Shown piece by piece: positions 28,436-40,410 of a DNA stretch of 64,000 nt. Numbering within the stretch: position 1 is the first letter of the stretch; every line of letters begins with the position of its first letter. A program made the translations under genes and the position numbers. Source of the DNA: Sminthopsis crassicaudata (lineage: Eukaryota). The stretch lies in contig NC_133617.1 in assembly GCF_048593235.1 (NCBI RefSeq), positions 71,446,937 through 71,510,936 of the forward strand. The letters run 5' to 3'. The notes under the pieces were generated by a model, which saw only the letters and a list, made by a program, of their open reading frames with translations, had not been told where the DNA came from and searched no databases.

Positions 28436-28834
28436 ACTCTGCCTCTTAAGGCCATCCTTATCCTCAGACTTACTGCAAAGAAAACCTCTAACGCTGGTGT
28501 TGTCCAGGAAATCTCCCTTTCCAGGCTAGGACAGATTCCTGAATTACAATGCCTGAGAAATTTCCCCTCCTCTATAACTCGAAGGCGAATGTCCAGAAAT
28601 AACATGGTCCAGGAACTTCCCTCTCAGGCTACTCAGGCAAATACATGGCTGCCTTGTCACATGCTTCTGCAGAGCTGCTATTAATGGCTCCTAAAGATCC
28701 CCTAATGTGCTTTCAAGAACTCCCCGGAAGAAAATGAAGGAAAAGAGGCCTGTTGGTTCTCTTTGAAGGATCTCTTCACAAGAGTCTGTTTGAGTCAGAA
28801 CTAATCTAACATAGCAATCCTATGCCATAACTTA

Positions 28835-29000
28835 GTCAGCCATTCTCTAATGGATGGGCAGCCACTCAGTTTCCAGTTCTTTGCCACTACAAAAAGGGCT
28901 GCCACAAATACTTTTGCAGATGTGGATCCTTTTCCCTTTTTTAATGCTCTCTTTGGGATTCAGGCCCACTGCTGGATCAGAGGGTATGAAGCTATCTCAG
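28835..29000 (-). mobile_element. Short L1 ORF2 3' fragment
   Basis: tttccagttctttgccactacaaaaagggctgccacaaat matches the other L1 copies in this window. Confidence 0.8.
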
Positions 29001-29497
29001 GCCCCAAGGAATTTACAGTCTAACAGGGAAGGCAATGTTGAATAAGGAAAGTGCCCAGGGAAAGGAATGTCTGAGTATGGCTGTTGACTTGATCCATAGA
29101 ACAATTGGCAGCTCCTTTCCAAAAAAGATAATATTATGACAGGATTAACTTGATAACTAAGTCCAGACAAAGGAGAAAATAGAAAGCGACACGGTAGATG
29201 ACAAAACATCTGGAATGGTTGAATTCAATGGGAAGCACAGTGTGATATGGTGGTCCACAGTCAGCTCTCTATATATAAAGTGACTAACACAATCAGATCA
29301 GTTGAAATAACATTAACGAAGAGGTAGTCTCTTCTGTTTGTCTCCATACTTTAAGGACTATGGCATCTTTCCTTCTAAATTGTAACTAAGTCTTTCCATA
29401 TATACTATCTCCCCCATTAGAATGTGAGATCCTTGAGACCAGGGACTATCTTTATTTTTTAATTGTATCCCCACCCCAGTGCTCTCCGTGTAATAAT

Positions 29498-29515
29498 TGA
29501 CCACCAGAGGGCTCT
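29498..29515 (+). promoter_or_regulatory. Candidate CTCF site within an L2-like remnant
   Basis: TGACCACCAGAGGGCTCT compared with consensus TGGCCACCAG(G/A)GGGCGC. Confidence 0.5.
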
Positions 29516-30458
29516 CAACTGGCAAATCAATACATTGAATGAGTAAATAAATGAATGACTGATAAAATATTATCTAGCCCTTGCTATGGGCAAAGAACTG
29601 TGCTACGTGCTGGAGATATAAATATGAGCAAACAAGAGCTTACATTCTGAAGAGGAAAGACCACACATAAAAGTAAACTACAAGGGAGCTTGTATAAGCT
29701 CATTTTATAAGTTCCTTTCATGTCTTTGAACTTACAAAGTGTGTATATATATATGTATATATATATATATAACCATAATGTATATAATATTGTATATTAT
29801 AATTAAGTATATATTTTTATTTTGTATATCTATATATGTATATGTACTTTTATTCTGAACTTAATTAACACAAAATAAAATGAACGCTTCTGTATATAAA
29901 CTAGAGCAGAAAAGAGGATTATATAAGAAACCACAAATCTCCATTATATAGTTTTGACAAGAAAAGGTGAAAACTCATCTATCAGAACTTAAAGTCCCAA
30001 AGTTAGAGAGTAAGGGTCAGGAGACAGAGAATGAAGAGAATAAGGAGGATGGCATTTTATGTGCTAAATTGAACAAATAACTTTCAAAACTATCTTGCTT
30101 GACTATTTCTATTTGATCTTTTTTCCCCCCTCTGATTCTTCAGTGCATTCAAAAAGCTTCAGTGACATTCTTTTCATTCTTTTCTTTTGGCAATTCTATT
30201 GATAGCCCTTTTCTTCCCCTTCAGTTCAGTTCTATTTTCATTTGGCATTCATTCATACAAAATTTCCTAGGCTTTCCCTTCACAATTTCTTATAGTGAAT
30301 AAATATTTAAATATTAAATATTTCTTAAATATTTTATAAAGTGTTGCTTACTTTTTTCATATGATTAGAAACAGTTTTGATTTCTTCATCTGAAAATTGT
30401 CTATTCATATACTTTGACCAAGTATAACAATATTGTATTACATTTATATACCATAATT

Positions 30459-31463
30459 ATTTTCAAAACATATGCATGAATAATTTGACATTGACCCTTG
30501 CATAGCATTATGCTTCAGATTATTTCCTCCTTTCCCCCATCCCCTCCCCCACATGGCAAGCAATCCAATATATGTTAAACATGTTAAAATACATGCTAAG
30601 TCAAATAGATATAAACATATACAATTCTCTTGCTGCACAAGAAAAATCAGATTTAAAAAAGAGAGTAAATGAGTAAGAAAACAAAATGAGAATGAACAAC
30701 AACAAAAACAGTGAGAATGTTATGTTGTGATCCACATTCAGTTCCCAAAGTCCTTTCTCTGAGTGTAAACGGCTCTCTCCATCACAACTCTATTAGAATT
30801 GTTCTGAATCACCTCATTGTTTTGAAAAGAGCCACTTCCATAAGAATTGAAAATCATGTAATTTTGCTGTTGCTGTGTACAATGTTCTCTTGGTTCTACT
30901 CAATTCACTTAGCATCAGTCCATGTAAGTCTCTCTAGGCCTTTTTGAAATCATCTTGCTGCTCATTTTTTTTATAGAACAATAAAATTCCATAACATTCA
31001 TCTACCATAACTTATTTAGCCATTCCCCAACTGATGGGCATCCACTCAGCTTACAGTTTCTTGCCACTACAAAAAGGGCTACAAACATTTTTGCACATAT
31101 GGATCCTTTCCCCTTTTTTAGTGATCTCTTTGGAATACAGATCCAGTAGGACAGTGATGATTCAAAGGGTATTTGCATCTTAAAAGCCTTTTGGGCAGAA
31201 TTCCAAATTGCTCTCCAAAATGGTTGGATCAGTTCACAACATCATCAGCAATTGTATTAGTGCCCGGTTTTCCTACATCTCTTCTAGCATTTATCATTAT
31301 CTTTTCCTGTCATCTTAGTCAATCTGGGAGATATGCAGTAATACCTGGGAATTGTCTTAATTTAATTTCCTCTAATTAATAGTGATTTAGAGCATTTTTT
31401 CATATAATTAGAAACAGTTTTGATTTCTTCATCTGAAAATTGTCTATTCATGTCCTTTGACCA
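30459..31463 (-). mobile_element. 5'-truncated L1 (~1 kb) flanked by long direct repeats
   Basis: L1 3' UTR and ORF2 C-terminus; a 38-nt target-like repeat at 30421-30458 and 31464-31501, part of a 107-nt duplication. Confidence 0.85.
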
Positions 31464-32164
31464 AGTATAATAATATCGTATTACATTTATATACCATAAT
31501 TTGCCTAGTCAGTCCATAGTTGATGGGGAACTCCTTAGTTTCAATTCCTTATGACTACAAAAAGAGTTGTTATAAATATTTTTGTATATGATAAGTCCTT
31601 TTCTTCTTTCTTTGATCTCTGGGTATAGGTCTAATAGTGACATTACTGGGTCAAACGTCACAAACAATTTAGTAACTCTCCCCGTTTTAAATATTTTATT
31701 TTTTTCCATTTACATGTAAAAATATTTTTTAAACTGTTAAATTCCAAATTATCTCTTCCCCCCATTGAGAAGATAAGTGATTTGATATAAGTTATATATG
31801 TGCAGTCATGCAAAACACAGTTCCACGTTAGTCATGTTGTGAAAGAAAATACAGACCACCCCCCCAAAAAAAAAACAAATATAAAAGTTTTTTTTAAGTA
31901 TGCTTCAATCTTCATCTAGACCATCAATTCTTTCTCTGAAGATGGATAGCACTTATTATCATGAGTCTTGAAATTCTTAGATCATTATATTGCTGAGAAG
32001 AGCTAAGTGATTCACTGTTGATCATTGTAGTTAAGTCACTTTTTAAAAATAGTTACAAAATACCTTCTAGAATGGCCAGACTAATTCATAGCTTCATCAA
32101 TAGCAAATTGATATATGTTTTCTGAAGCCCTTCCAGCATTTGTCATTTTCCATTTTTGAGACTT

Positions 32165-32372
32165 ATTAAAGACCTGAACTTAAAAAGGTCAAGGTCTTCC
32201 ACTGCATCTCCAGTCATCCTAGTCTGTATCAGGCCAATAGACCCAGAGGACCCTGGAGGATAAAGTGAGGCTGGTGATTTTGCACAGCCCTCCCTCACTT
32301 AAATCCAACTCATTTGTATGTCATGATATCACCTCCCTGATTTCTCTTTGAGAATGAAATACAAACAACAAA
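32165..32372 (+). mobile_element. Marsupial CAA-tailed SINE
   Basis: catctccagtcatcct...gacccagagg...gtgaggctggtgattttgcacagccctccctcac...acaaacaacaa; same family as 34100-34300. Confidence 0.7.
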
Positions 32373-32562
32373 GTTTGCTGATCTGATAACTATGAGGCAG
32401 AACCTCAGTATTGTTTTAATTTGTATTTCTCTAATTATTAGTGATTTGTTATAATTTTTTCACATTGATAATATGGACTTCTTCCTTAGAAAACTTCCTG
32501 TTGTTATCCTTTAACCCTTTATCAGTTGGGGAATGGTTCTTATTCTTACAAATTTGAATTAG

Positions 32563-32741
32563 GGGACAGGTAGGTGGCACAGTGGATAGAGCACCATCTC
32601 TGAAGTCAGGAGGACCTGAGTTCAAATGTGGTCTTAGATGCTCAACACTTCTTAGCTGTGTGACCCTGGGCAAGTCACTTGACCCAGGTGCCTCAGCAAA
32701 AAAACAAACAACCCCCCCAAAAAACAAACAAACAAACAAAC
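32563..32741 (+). mobile_element. WSINE1-like SINE with 14-bp TSD, inserted in an older L1
   Basis: TSD CAAA(T/A)TTGAATTAG at 32549-32562 and 32742-32755; tRNA head, B box, CORE and (CAAA)n tail. Confidence 0.85.
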
Positions 32742-33011
32742 CAAAATTGAATTAGTTCCTCATATATCTTAGATATGAGACCCTTATTAGGAAAACATTC
32801 TGCAAAAATCCCCCCCCCTCATTATCTAGTTTCCTTCCAATTCTGTCAACATTGGTTTTGTTTTTACAAAAATTAATTTTTGTGATCAAAATCATCCATT
32901 TTATTTTCTATAGTTCTCTCTATTCTCTGTTTAGTCATGAACTCTTCCCTTCTATATAGATCTGAAAGGTAATTTCTTCCTTGCTCCTCTAATTTGTTTA
33001 TAATGTCATTC

Positions 33012-33137
33012 TTTTTTTTTAATTAATAATTTTTATTATATATATATATTTTTATAATATTATCCCTTGTATTCATTTTTCCAAATTATCCCCCCCTCCC
33101 TCTATTCCCTCCCCCCATGACAGGCAATCCCATACAT
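33012..33137 (-). mobile_element. Extremely truncated young L1 3' end with TSD
   Basis: Reverse complement closely matches the 3' end of the L1 at 39909-40410; TSD ATAATGTCATTC(TTT) at 33000-33011 and 33138-33149. Confidence 0.85.
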
Positions 33138-34099
33138 ATAATGTCATTCTTTATGTCTAAATCATGTATCTATTTAAACTTGGGAGATGTCAGTTTATAT
33201 TTAAACTGTTTCCAGTTTTCCCAAAAGTCTTTGTCAAATCCCAGCAGCTGGGATCTTTGGGTAATCAAACACTAGGCTACTATGGTGATTTGCTTGTATA
33301 TTTGGTGCTTAATCTGTCCTACTAAGGGACCTCTCTATTTCCTAACCCATATCAAATCGTTTTTGATAATCACTGCTTTGTAGTTTGAGATTAGGTACCA
33401 TTAGGCCCCCCTCCTTCCCACTTCTTTCCTTATTGATCACAGACATTTTGCTCCTCTGGATGAATTTCATATTTTTTTCTAACTCTATAATCTTTTGGTA
33501 ATTTGACTGATATGGTTTCCCTTCTCTTTTTAACTACTTTTATGTGATAAAAAAATGTTCATTTTATCTTATGATCCTCTGTCTCCATTCCTTTGTTGTC
33601 TGTCCCCCATGCCTGAATGCTCTCATCTTCACCTCAACCTCCCATAATCCTTAGCTCCTTTCAAAAATCAATTCAAGGGCCAACTACTCTAAAAGGCCTT
33701 TCATGTAGCCGCAACTGGTGGTGCTCTCTTGCAGACTGAAAACAGCCTGAAAGTCAGGAAAAACTGAGTTCTAGTCTGGCTCCTGATACATCTCTTGAGA
33801 TCAAGAACTGATTTGATTGATTTGATTTTTTTGAAACCCCCCGGGGGTTAACACAGTGCCAGGCACATAATAGGGTGCTTAAGAAATGCCTATTGATTTA
33901 ATGAGGGATTCTGGAGTTTTCTATATCCATAATATCACAGTCTCATATTTATTTATCTAATTGTCATTTTTCCTTTGGCCAGAAGCCCTGAGGGTTTTCC
34001 CCTCCAGGATTTATTTATTTAGATTTTTTTTTGAAACTTTGCCTCAATTACTACCTAGTTTTAATCACTGAATGGGTGCTGTCTGCGTCAGAGACCTGT

Positions 34100-34300
34100 T
34101 GAAGACGTCAGCTTGAAAAGGTCTTGCGCTGCGCTCAGAGCCATCTCCAATCGTCCTGCTCTGTATCTGGCCCCTGGACCCAGATGCTCTGGAGGGGACA
34201 GTGAGGCAGGGGGCCTTGCACAGCCTCTCCCACTGAAATCCACTTCCCTCGCTCGTCCTGGCCTCCCCGCCCTGTTTGCAGAAGGAGAGACAACAACAAT
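34100..34300 (+). mobile_element. Marsupial CAA-tailed SINE (GC-drifted copy)
   Basis: gccatctccaatcgtcctg...ggacccagatg...gtgaggcagggggccttgcacagcc...gacaacaacaa aligns by eye with 32165-32372. Confidence 0.65.
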
Positions 34301-34399
34301 ATCTAATTGTAAGTTTCTTGGGGGACTTTCCCCTTTTGCAGTCCTGGAACCTGGCGAGGTGCCTGTGGTACACAGTAAGCGCTTAATAAGGGACGCTCG

Positions 34400-34830
34400 G
34401 CTAAATGGGTCACGTGTGCTGTTGATGGACGTGCTGCATCTCTGGGAGCTTTAGCCAAGGCTTGGGGACCCGTCACGGACAGATGGGCGCCTCGGAAGCC
34501 TGGCCGGGAGAAGGCAGGGTCACGCAGGAAACCCGCCCAGGTCCCAGACACCGCGGAGATCCGAACGGGAAGGCGAGCCCCTCTTGAAGTGGCACTTGAT
34601 TGGCTACAGAAACTCGGGGCTTGACCAATCGGGGGAGCCCCCATCCCAAACACCATTCATAACTTGCGGGCCGCCTCTTTCTCTAGGTGTTTGAGTGTTT
34701 GCGGACTCGTGGAGCCGGCGCCCTCTAGGGATGCTCTGGACTTCTGATCCGCCCCTAGCCTAACTGTCCTGCCTGGGAAGCCCTGAGGGGCGAGGGGACG
34801 GGGAAGGGAGGAGAATCTCTTTATTAAGCG
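34400..34830. promoter_or_regulatory. Orphan CpG-rich element with an inverted CCAAT pair and a CTCF motif
   Basis: CpG-dense; ATTGG 34599-34603, CCAAT 34625-34629; CTCF-like TCCCTAGAGGGCGC on the minus strand at 34718-34731. Confidence 0.6.
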
Positions 34831-35014
34831 GCGTCATAGTCCTAGGCTTATCGAGAACAGTCCGCTCGGTCTCCTGTTGCACTCAGAGCCATCCCCAGTC
34901 ATCCTGTCTGTATTAGATTTGGTGCCCACCCACCCAAGCATCAAGCTATAGTACATGGGAGCCACAGCAATTTGAGGAAGCAAGAAGACCCACATCAGGG
35001 CTAAGTCATTTGAG

Positions 35015-35475
35015 AGTCTTTGAAAAGCTGGGCCAAATTCCAATAGACTTGCGATGGAGAGAGCCATCTGCAGCCAGAAAGAGGATTATGGGGATTGAAT
35101 GCGGATCTCAACATAGCGTTTTCACCCTTTTTGTTGATGTTCGCTTGCTTTTTTTCCTCACATTTTCCCCTTTTGATCTGATTTTTCTCATGCAGCATGA
35201 TATAGAAATGTGTTTAGAAGAATTGAAAATGTTTAGCCTAGGGTGCAGCGAGGTGGAGCAGTGGTGGATAGAGCACCAGCCCTCAATTCAGGAGGACCTG
35301 AGTTCAAATCGGAACTTACTTCCTAGCTGTGTGACCCTGGGCAAGTCACTTAACCCCAGCCTCAGGAAAAAAAAAAGAAAATGTTTAGCCTATATTGGAT
35401 TACTTCGTGTCCAGGGGAGGGGGAGGAGGTTGAAAATTATCTTCACGTGTATTTGAAAATAAAAAGCTATTAAAA
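35015..35475 (+). mobile_element. L1 3' end interrupted by a WSINE1-like SINE (35241-35376)
   Basis: L1 3' UTR sequence ending gaaaataaaaagc; the SINE is flanked by a perfect 16-bp TSD GAAAATGTTTAGCCTA (35225-35240, 35377-35392). Confidence 0.85.
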
Positions 35476-35549
35476 CTTTTAAAATAGATCAAATGTTAAA
35501 AAAAAAAATCTGGACCAGCCTGCTTTGTCTAAGAACCACATGGGAAAAG

Positions 35550-35698
35550 NNNNNNNNNNNNNNNNNNNNNNNNNNNNNNNNNNNNNNNNNNNNNNNNNNN
35601 NNNNNNNNNNNNNNNNNNNNNNNNNNNNNNNNNNNNNNNNNNNNNNNNNNNNNNNNNNNNNNNNNNNNNNNNNNNNNNNNNNNNNNNNNNNNNNNNNN
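35550..35698. other. Assembly gap (149 N)
   Basis: Read directly from the sequence. Confidence 0.98.
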
Positions 35699-38600
35699 GA
35701 AGGAACACACACTGGAGTCTTTATTAAATGGGACAATACATTGTCTCAGAAAGATTAACTGACAAAGCTGTGGTCACATCTGTGATGAGTGTAGGAGTTA
35801 GATCTGGAACTAATTTTCTCCCTATCTTAAATGTAAATGGGAAAGGGATTCAGTATTAGTGAATCCTCTTGTCATTCCCTTTTCTCCTAGCCCCACTCTA
35901 CTCCTACCCAATGGATTTAGTGAGGAAAAGTTTGGAGGAGAGGACAGGGCTAACATCAGAGTGAGCAAGACCTATGTTCAAGTCCTGCCTAAGACTGATA
36001 GCAGCAGACTGACTCTTAAAAAGATATTTAAACTTTTCAGTTTCAGGTTTCTTTCTTACTTTTAATTTTAATTTTTGTTCCCACCTCCTATCCTTGAGAA
36101 ATCAAGAAATATGACATCTATTATACATATAAAGTCATGAAAAACATATTTCTGCACTTTCCATGACTCCTTCCTCCCTAAAAAGCAAGGGAAAAAAGGG
36201 AAAAGGGAAAATATAGTTCAATCTGTACTTTGTGACCACACAGTCTTTATTTGAAACTTGAGAGCAAGTTACATTGGAGCTGTCCCAGGTATCTTTCTAA
36301 GCTGAAGAGTAAGATCAGTTATTTCACTGAGAGTTTTCTCATAGGAAGTTTCCTATGTTGATGAAATCACAGCCCTGGTCTAAAAAATAAATGGGCTGCA
36401 CTTGGAGTTAGGAGAGGCCTAGGCTTGATATCTGTGTGATGGAAAGTTTTGCATCATGCTGAACTCAATTTCTCCCTCTGTAAAATAAGGATAAGATTGT
36501 TGTAAAGATCAAGAGAGAGAGAAGCCCTTTGCAAGCCTTAAATAAATATATAAATGCATATAATTATTATAAATTATTGAAGAAAGATGTGAACTCAAAC
36601 CTCACAGAAGTTGGCAAAGTGCAGAAGACCTTGTATTCTGGAGGAAGATGAGGATGGGTGGGAAAGGTCAAGGGAGACTCTTTGGGGTGGTTTGTCAAAA
36701 GTGTATGTTTGACGATAGCATGCTTCTTCCCATTCCCAACTATGGAAGAATCTAATAAAAACTATCATTTAGAGCAGTAGCAGCTACAGGACTCACTGGG
36801 GTCCAAATCTGGTCTCAGATTAGCTCTGTGACTTTAGAAAAATCATTTAAACTCAGGTTCAATATCCTCATCTATAAAACAGAGAAGGTGATAATAGCAA
36901 CCATCCCCCAGGGTTCTTATGAGGATCAAAAGAGATAATATTTGTAAAGAACTTGGCAAAATTCTGCCTATGATTATTTAAAAGCTCTTTACAGTCTGGC
37001 CCTTTCTTACCTTTCCACTCTTTTCATACTATACATCAATACCAAGCATTGTGCCTGGCACTCTTAATAAATGAAATGTGCTGGTTGACTGCCTACTTGT
37101 TGGCCTAAGTCCCCAGAAGGACAGAGTGATGAAGACAGATCAAGGGAGATGGAGAGAGAGAGAGAGGAAGGGACAGCTCCCCAACTTTACTGAGGTTAGG
37201 GATAGGGCTGAAGGATCAGGAGGGACTGGTGGGAAAGAGTCTGAGGTCAGGAAGTAGAAGGAAACACATAGTCTCAGCATTGGGGATGCTTTGTTTTCAC
37301 ATTTTCCACTCTGTCTTCCCCAAGTCTTCTATGCGCGACATGGCACCAAATCAGCTCCGGGCCTGTCTTCACACTCCTCTCTACCTGGAATCCCTTTCTT
37401 CCTTATTTCTATTTGCCAAAACCTAATTAATTCATGCTCCAAGGGCCCCTCCTGACCAAATGCGTCTCCTAAATTAAGCCTTCTCTGATGACTCCAGCTA
37501 GGTGATCTCACTGTAGAATTTTGACCCTTACACTTGGCCTAGTCTTGTAAGTTTGGGGCTCCGTGTCTTTATCTCTATGAACCAGAATATGGACTTTCTG
37601 AAGGCAGAGATGGTGTTTTCTATTGTGACAGAAAAATTACTGGATGCTGGGATTTAAATATCCACTCAAAGGCATTCCTAGAAGGAGTGATGGATTTTGA
37701 GTCAGAGGGCATGGGTTCAAATCTGCAAATGGGGTCAGGAAGAGTCAGACAGGATAGGACAGAACAACATTCTCTTTTGTAAGTAAGATTCCACCAAACT
37801 TTTTGGATGATCTCTGGAGAATCAACCCTCTTATTTGAGTCTCCTTTTGTCCCTTTGTCAAAAAGGGGTTAGGATTTGGATGACTAGGCAGATTCCTAGT
37901 AAGGACCCAAAATTCCATCAGGCAGAAATGTTGGAAGATGCTGGGAGGTCAATGAATAAGTGATTAATGATTTTTATGAATGGGTGTGTTTTACATAAGG
38001 TGGTCATTAAAACTAACGATCAGACCATCTCTAAGATTTCTTCTAGCTCTAAAGCCTGTGATTTAATTCATCCCCAAATTTCTCTTACCCATGGGTTCTG
38101 CCTTCACTCCCCTAACCAATTCTCCAAAATTGTCATTGTGGACAGTATGGAAAATAGCAGGTCTCAGCCTGAGGATTCCCAGGAAAGACTCCATGAGGGC
38201 CCTGGGTTGGAACTTGAGGGAGGTTGGACAAGGTTGAATCACTCCTTTTGCTTGGGGGAGGGGTCTAAGTTGTGATGGATAGTGCTGAGGTAGCAGGATA
38301 CATGAGAACTGAAAGCAGAACATAGTAGGAGCCTCCCAAACCACTAAAGTAGAGAAAATCCCATCTCTGGGATTTCAGCATGACAGGGCCTGGGCAAGGA
38401 CAGGGACAGCATCACTTCTCTCAGAAGGCTTCCTCTCACTATGTCATGTATCTGAATCAAGGAATAAATCAGCCCTTCCCAACTTGGCTGAGGCTGTGCT
38501 CTGACCTCCACTTATGGAGCCCCAGAAACCAGAATTAGGAGGTGTAAGAACCCAGAAATTCTGGCTCCCTTCCTGGGTGATGTCTAGGAGGAGGGGAAAT

Positions 38601-39552
38601 TACAGCATATTTGTCCAGAGATAAGAATATAGACCAAAGGAGAGAAAGAAGAGAGAACTGACACTCCGGGACCAGCTCAGCACACATTCACTCAGGCACA
38701 AATGGAGTCACTGAAATGCAGATAACTAGATATATAGACGCAAAGATGTTCAGCATCAGACTTATCTTTGTGACATATAGAGACATAGACTCTTGGATTT
38801 ACAGACACAGATAGGAAGGTACACACTGAAAGACATATATATTCCATACATCTACCATTAGATAGTTACATCAGATATTGCCATACACACAGAGGGATGT
38901 GGTTGCTGATTCGTACTCAAACACAAAAATTCAAACCTACTTTTTCTCTAAAAGATATATTAGCACACACAATCCACTCTCATAACAGTGCACATACAGA
39001 CACACAGACACCTTCTATGTCTCAGTGGCCTGGGCAAAGCAGAGGACAAATTTGGGCCAGACTAAAATCCACAGAATAATCAAGGAGGATACCTAGCCTT
39101 TCTCTACCCCCAGTAAATGTTAATCAATGAAAGGGCTCCCCACTCCTTTCCTAGATAGGCAAGACTACATCCCTGTGGAGCAGTCCCAGCCTAGGGATTT
39201 TGAAGAAAGTAATGGGGACAAGATTAACCAGGATTTCAGATCTGCCAGCTCTAAGGTGAAGGCAGTCCTAGTCCTGATCATTCACCTCTGTCATAGGTGC
39301 TATGGTTCAAGCACTTCTCTTTCCTGTCCTAGTTATTAGTTCTCCCTTTATTAACAGTGGGGAAAGTGAAGGAGGAGGTCCTTCTTTAGATTGCAAGCAG
39401 CCTATAACATTTTCCTGAAATATGACCTCAACCCTGATCATTTAGGGGAAGAGCCAGGATCCAGGTCTACCATTCACAATATCTGAGGTACAGCTGCTTT
39501 CAGGGAAGATCAAAAGGGATCCAGGACGAAGGGGGAAGGAAAACATCATTTT

Positions 39553-39908
39553 ACTTTTGTTTTGTTTTTTAATGGCATTTTATTTTTCCAAATACATGCA
39601 AAGATAGCTCTCAACATTCATCTTTTCAAAGCATTGTGTTCCAAATTTTTCTCCCTCTAACTCTCCCTTTCCCTTCCCCAAGATGGCAAGCAATCAGATA
39701 TAAGTTAAATATGTACAATTCTTCTAAACATATTTCTACATGCATTGTGTTGCATACACACACATACACACACAAAATCAGATCAAAAGAAAAAAAAACA
39801 GCAAAAAATGTGAAAATACTATGCTTTGATCCACATTCAGTCTTCATAGTTTTCTCTCTGGACTGAATAGCACTTTCCATCACAAGTCTATTAGAATTGG
39901 CTGTCATC
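39553..39908 (-). mobile_element. Older L1 3' end fragment
   Basis: T-rich tail and L1 3' UTR in reverse; possible TSD CATCATTTT at 39544-39552 and 40423-40431. Confidence 0.75.
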
Positions 39909-40410
39909 CCAGCAGGAGGAATACAGAGAGGCCTGGAGAGACTTAAATCAACTGATGCTGAGTGAAATGAGCAGAACCAGAAGATCACTGTACACTTCAA
40001 CAACAATACTGTATGAGGATGTATTCTGATGGAAGTGGAAATCTTCAACATAAAGAAGATCCAACTCACTTCCAGTTGATCAATGATGGACAGAGGTAGC
40101 TACACTCAGAGAAGAAACATTGGGAAGTGAATGTAAATTGTTAGCACTAATATCTGTCTGCCCAGGTTGCATGTACCTTCGGATTCTAATGTTTATTGTG
40201 CAACAAGAAAATGATATTCACACACATGTATTGTACCTAGACTATATTGTAACACATGTAAAATGTATGGTATTGCCTGTCGTCGGGGGGAGGGAATAGA
40301 GGGAGGGGGGGTAATTTGGAAAAATGAATACAAGGGATAATATTATAAAATATATATATATATATATAATAATAAAAAAAATTCTTAAAGAACTAAAAAA
40401 AAAAAAAAAA
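39909..40410 (+). mobile_element. Young 5'-truncated L1 with poly(A) and perfect 16-bp TSD
   Basis: TSD AGAATTGGCTGTCATC at 39893-39908 and 40411-40426; TT|AGAA endonuclease-type site; A tail. Confidence 0.92.

Noticed and set aside
28261-28684. ORFs of 114-122 aa on both strands, with a GTAAGT donor on the minus strand
   Set aside because: They overlap a SINE, show no recognisable homology and give no consistent exon chain.
34282-34308. 27-nt micro-exon-like unit (tttgcag|...|gtaagt)
   Set aside because: It coincides with the CAA tail of a SINE and no partner exons were identified.
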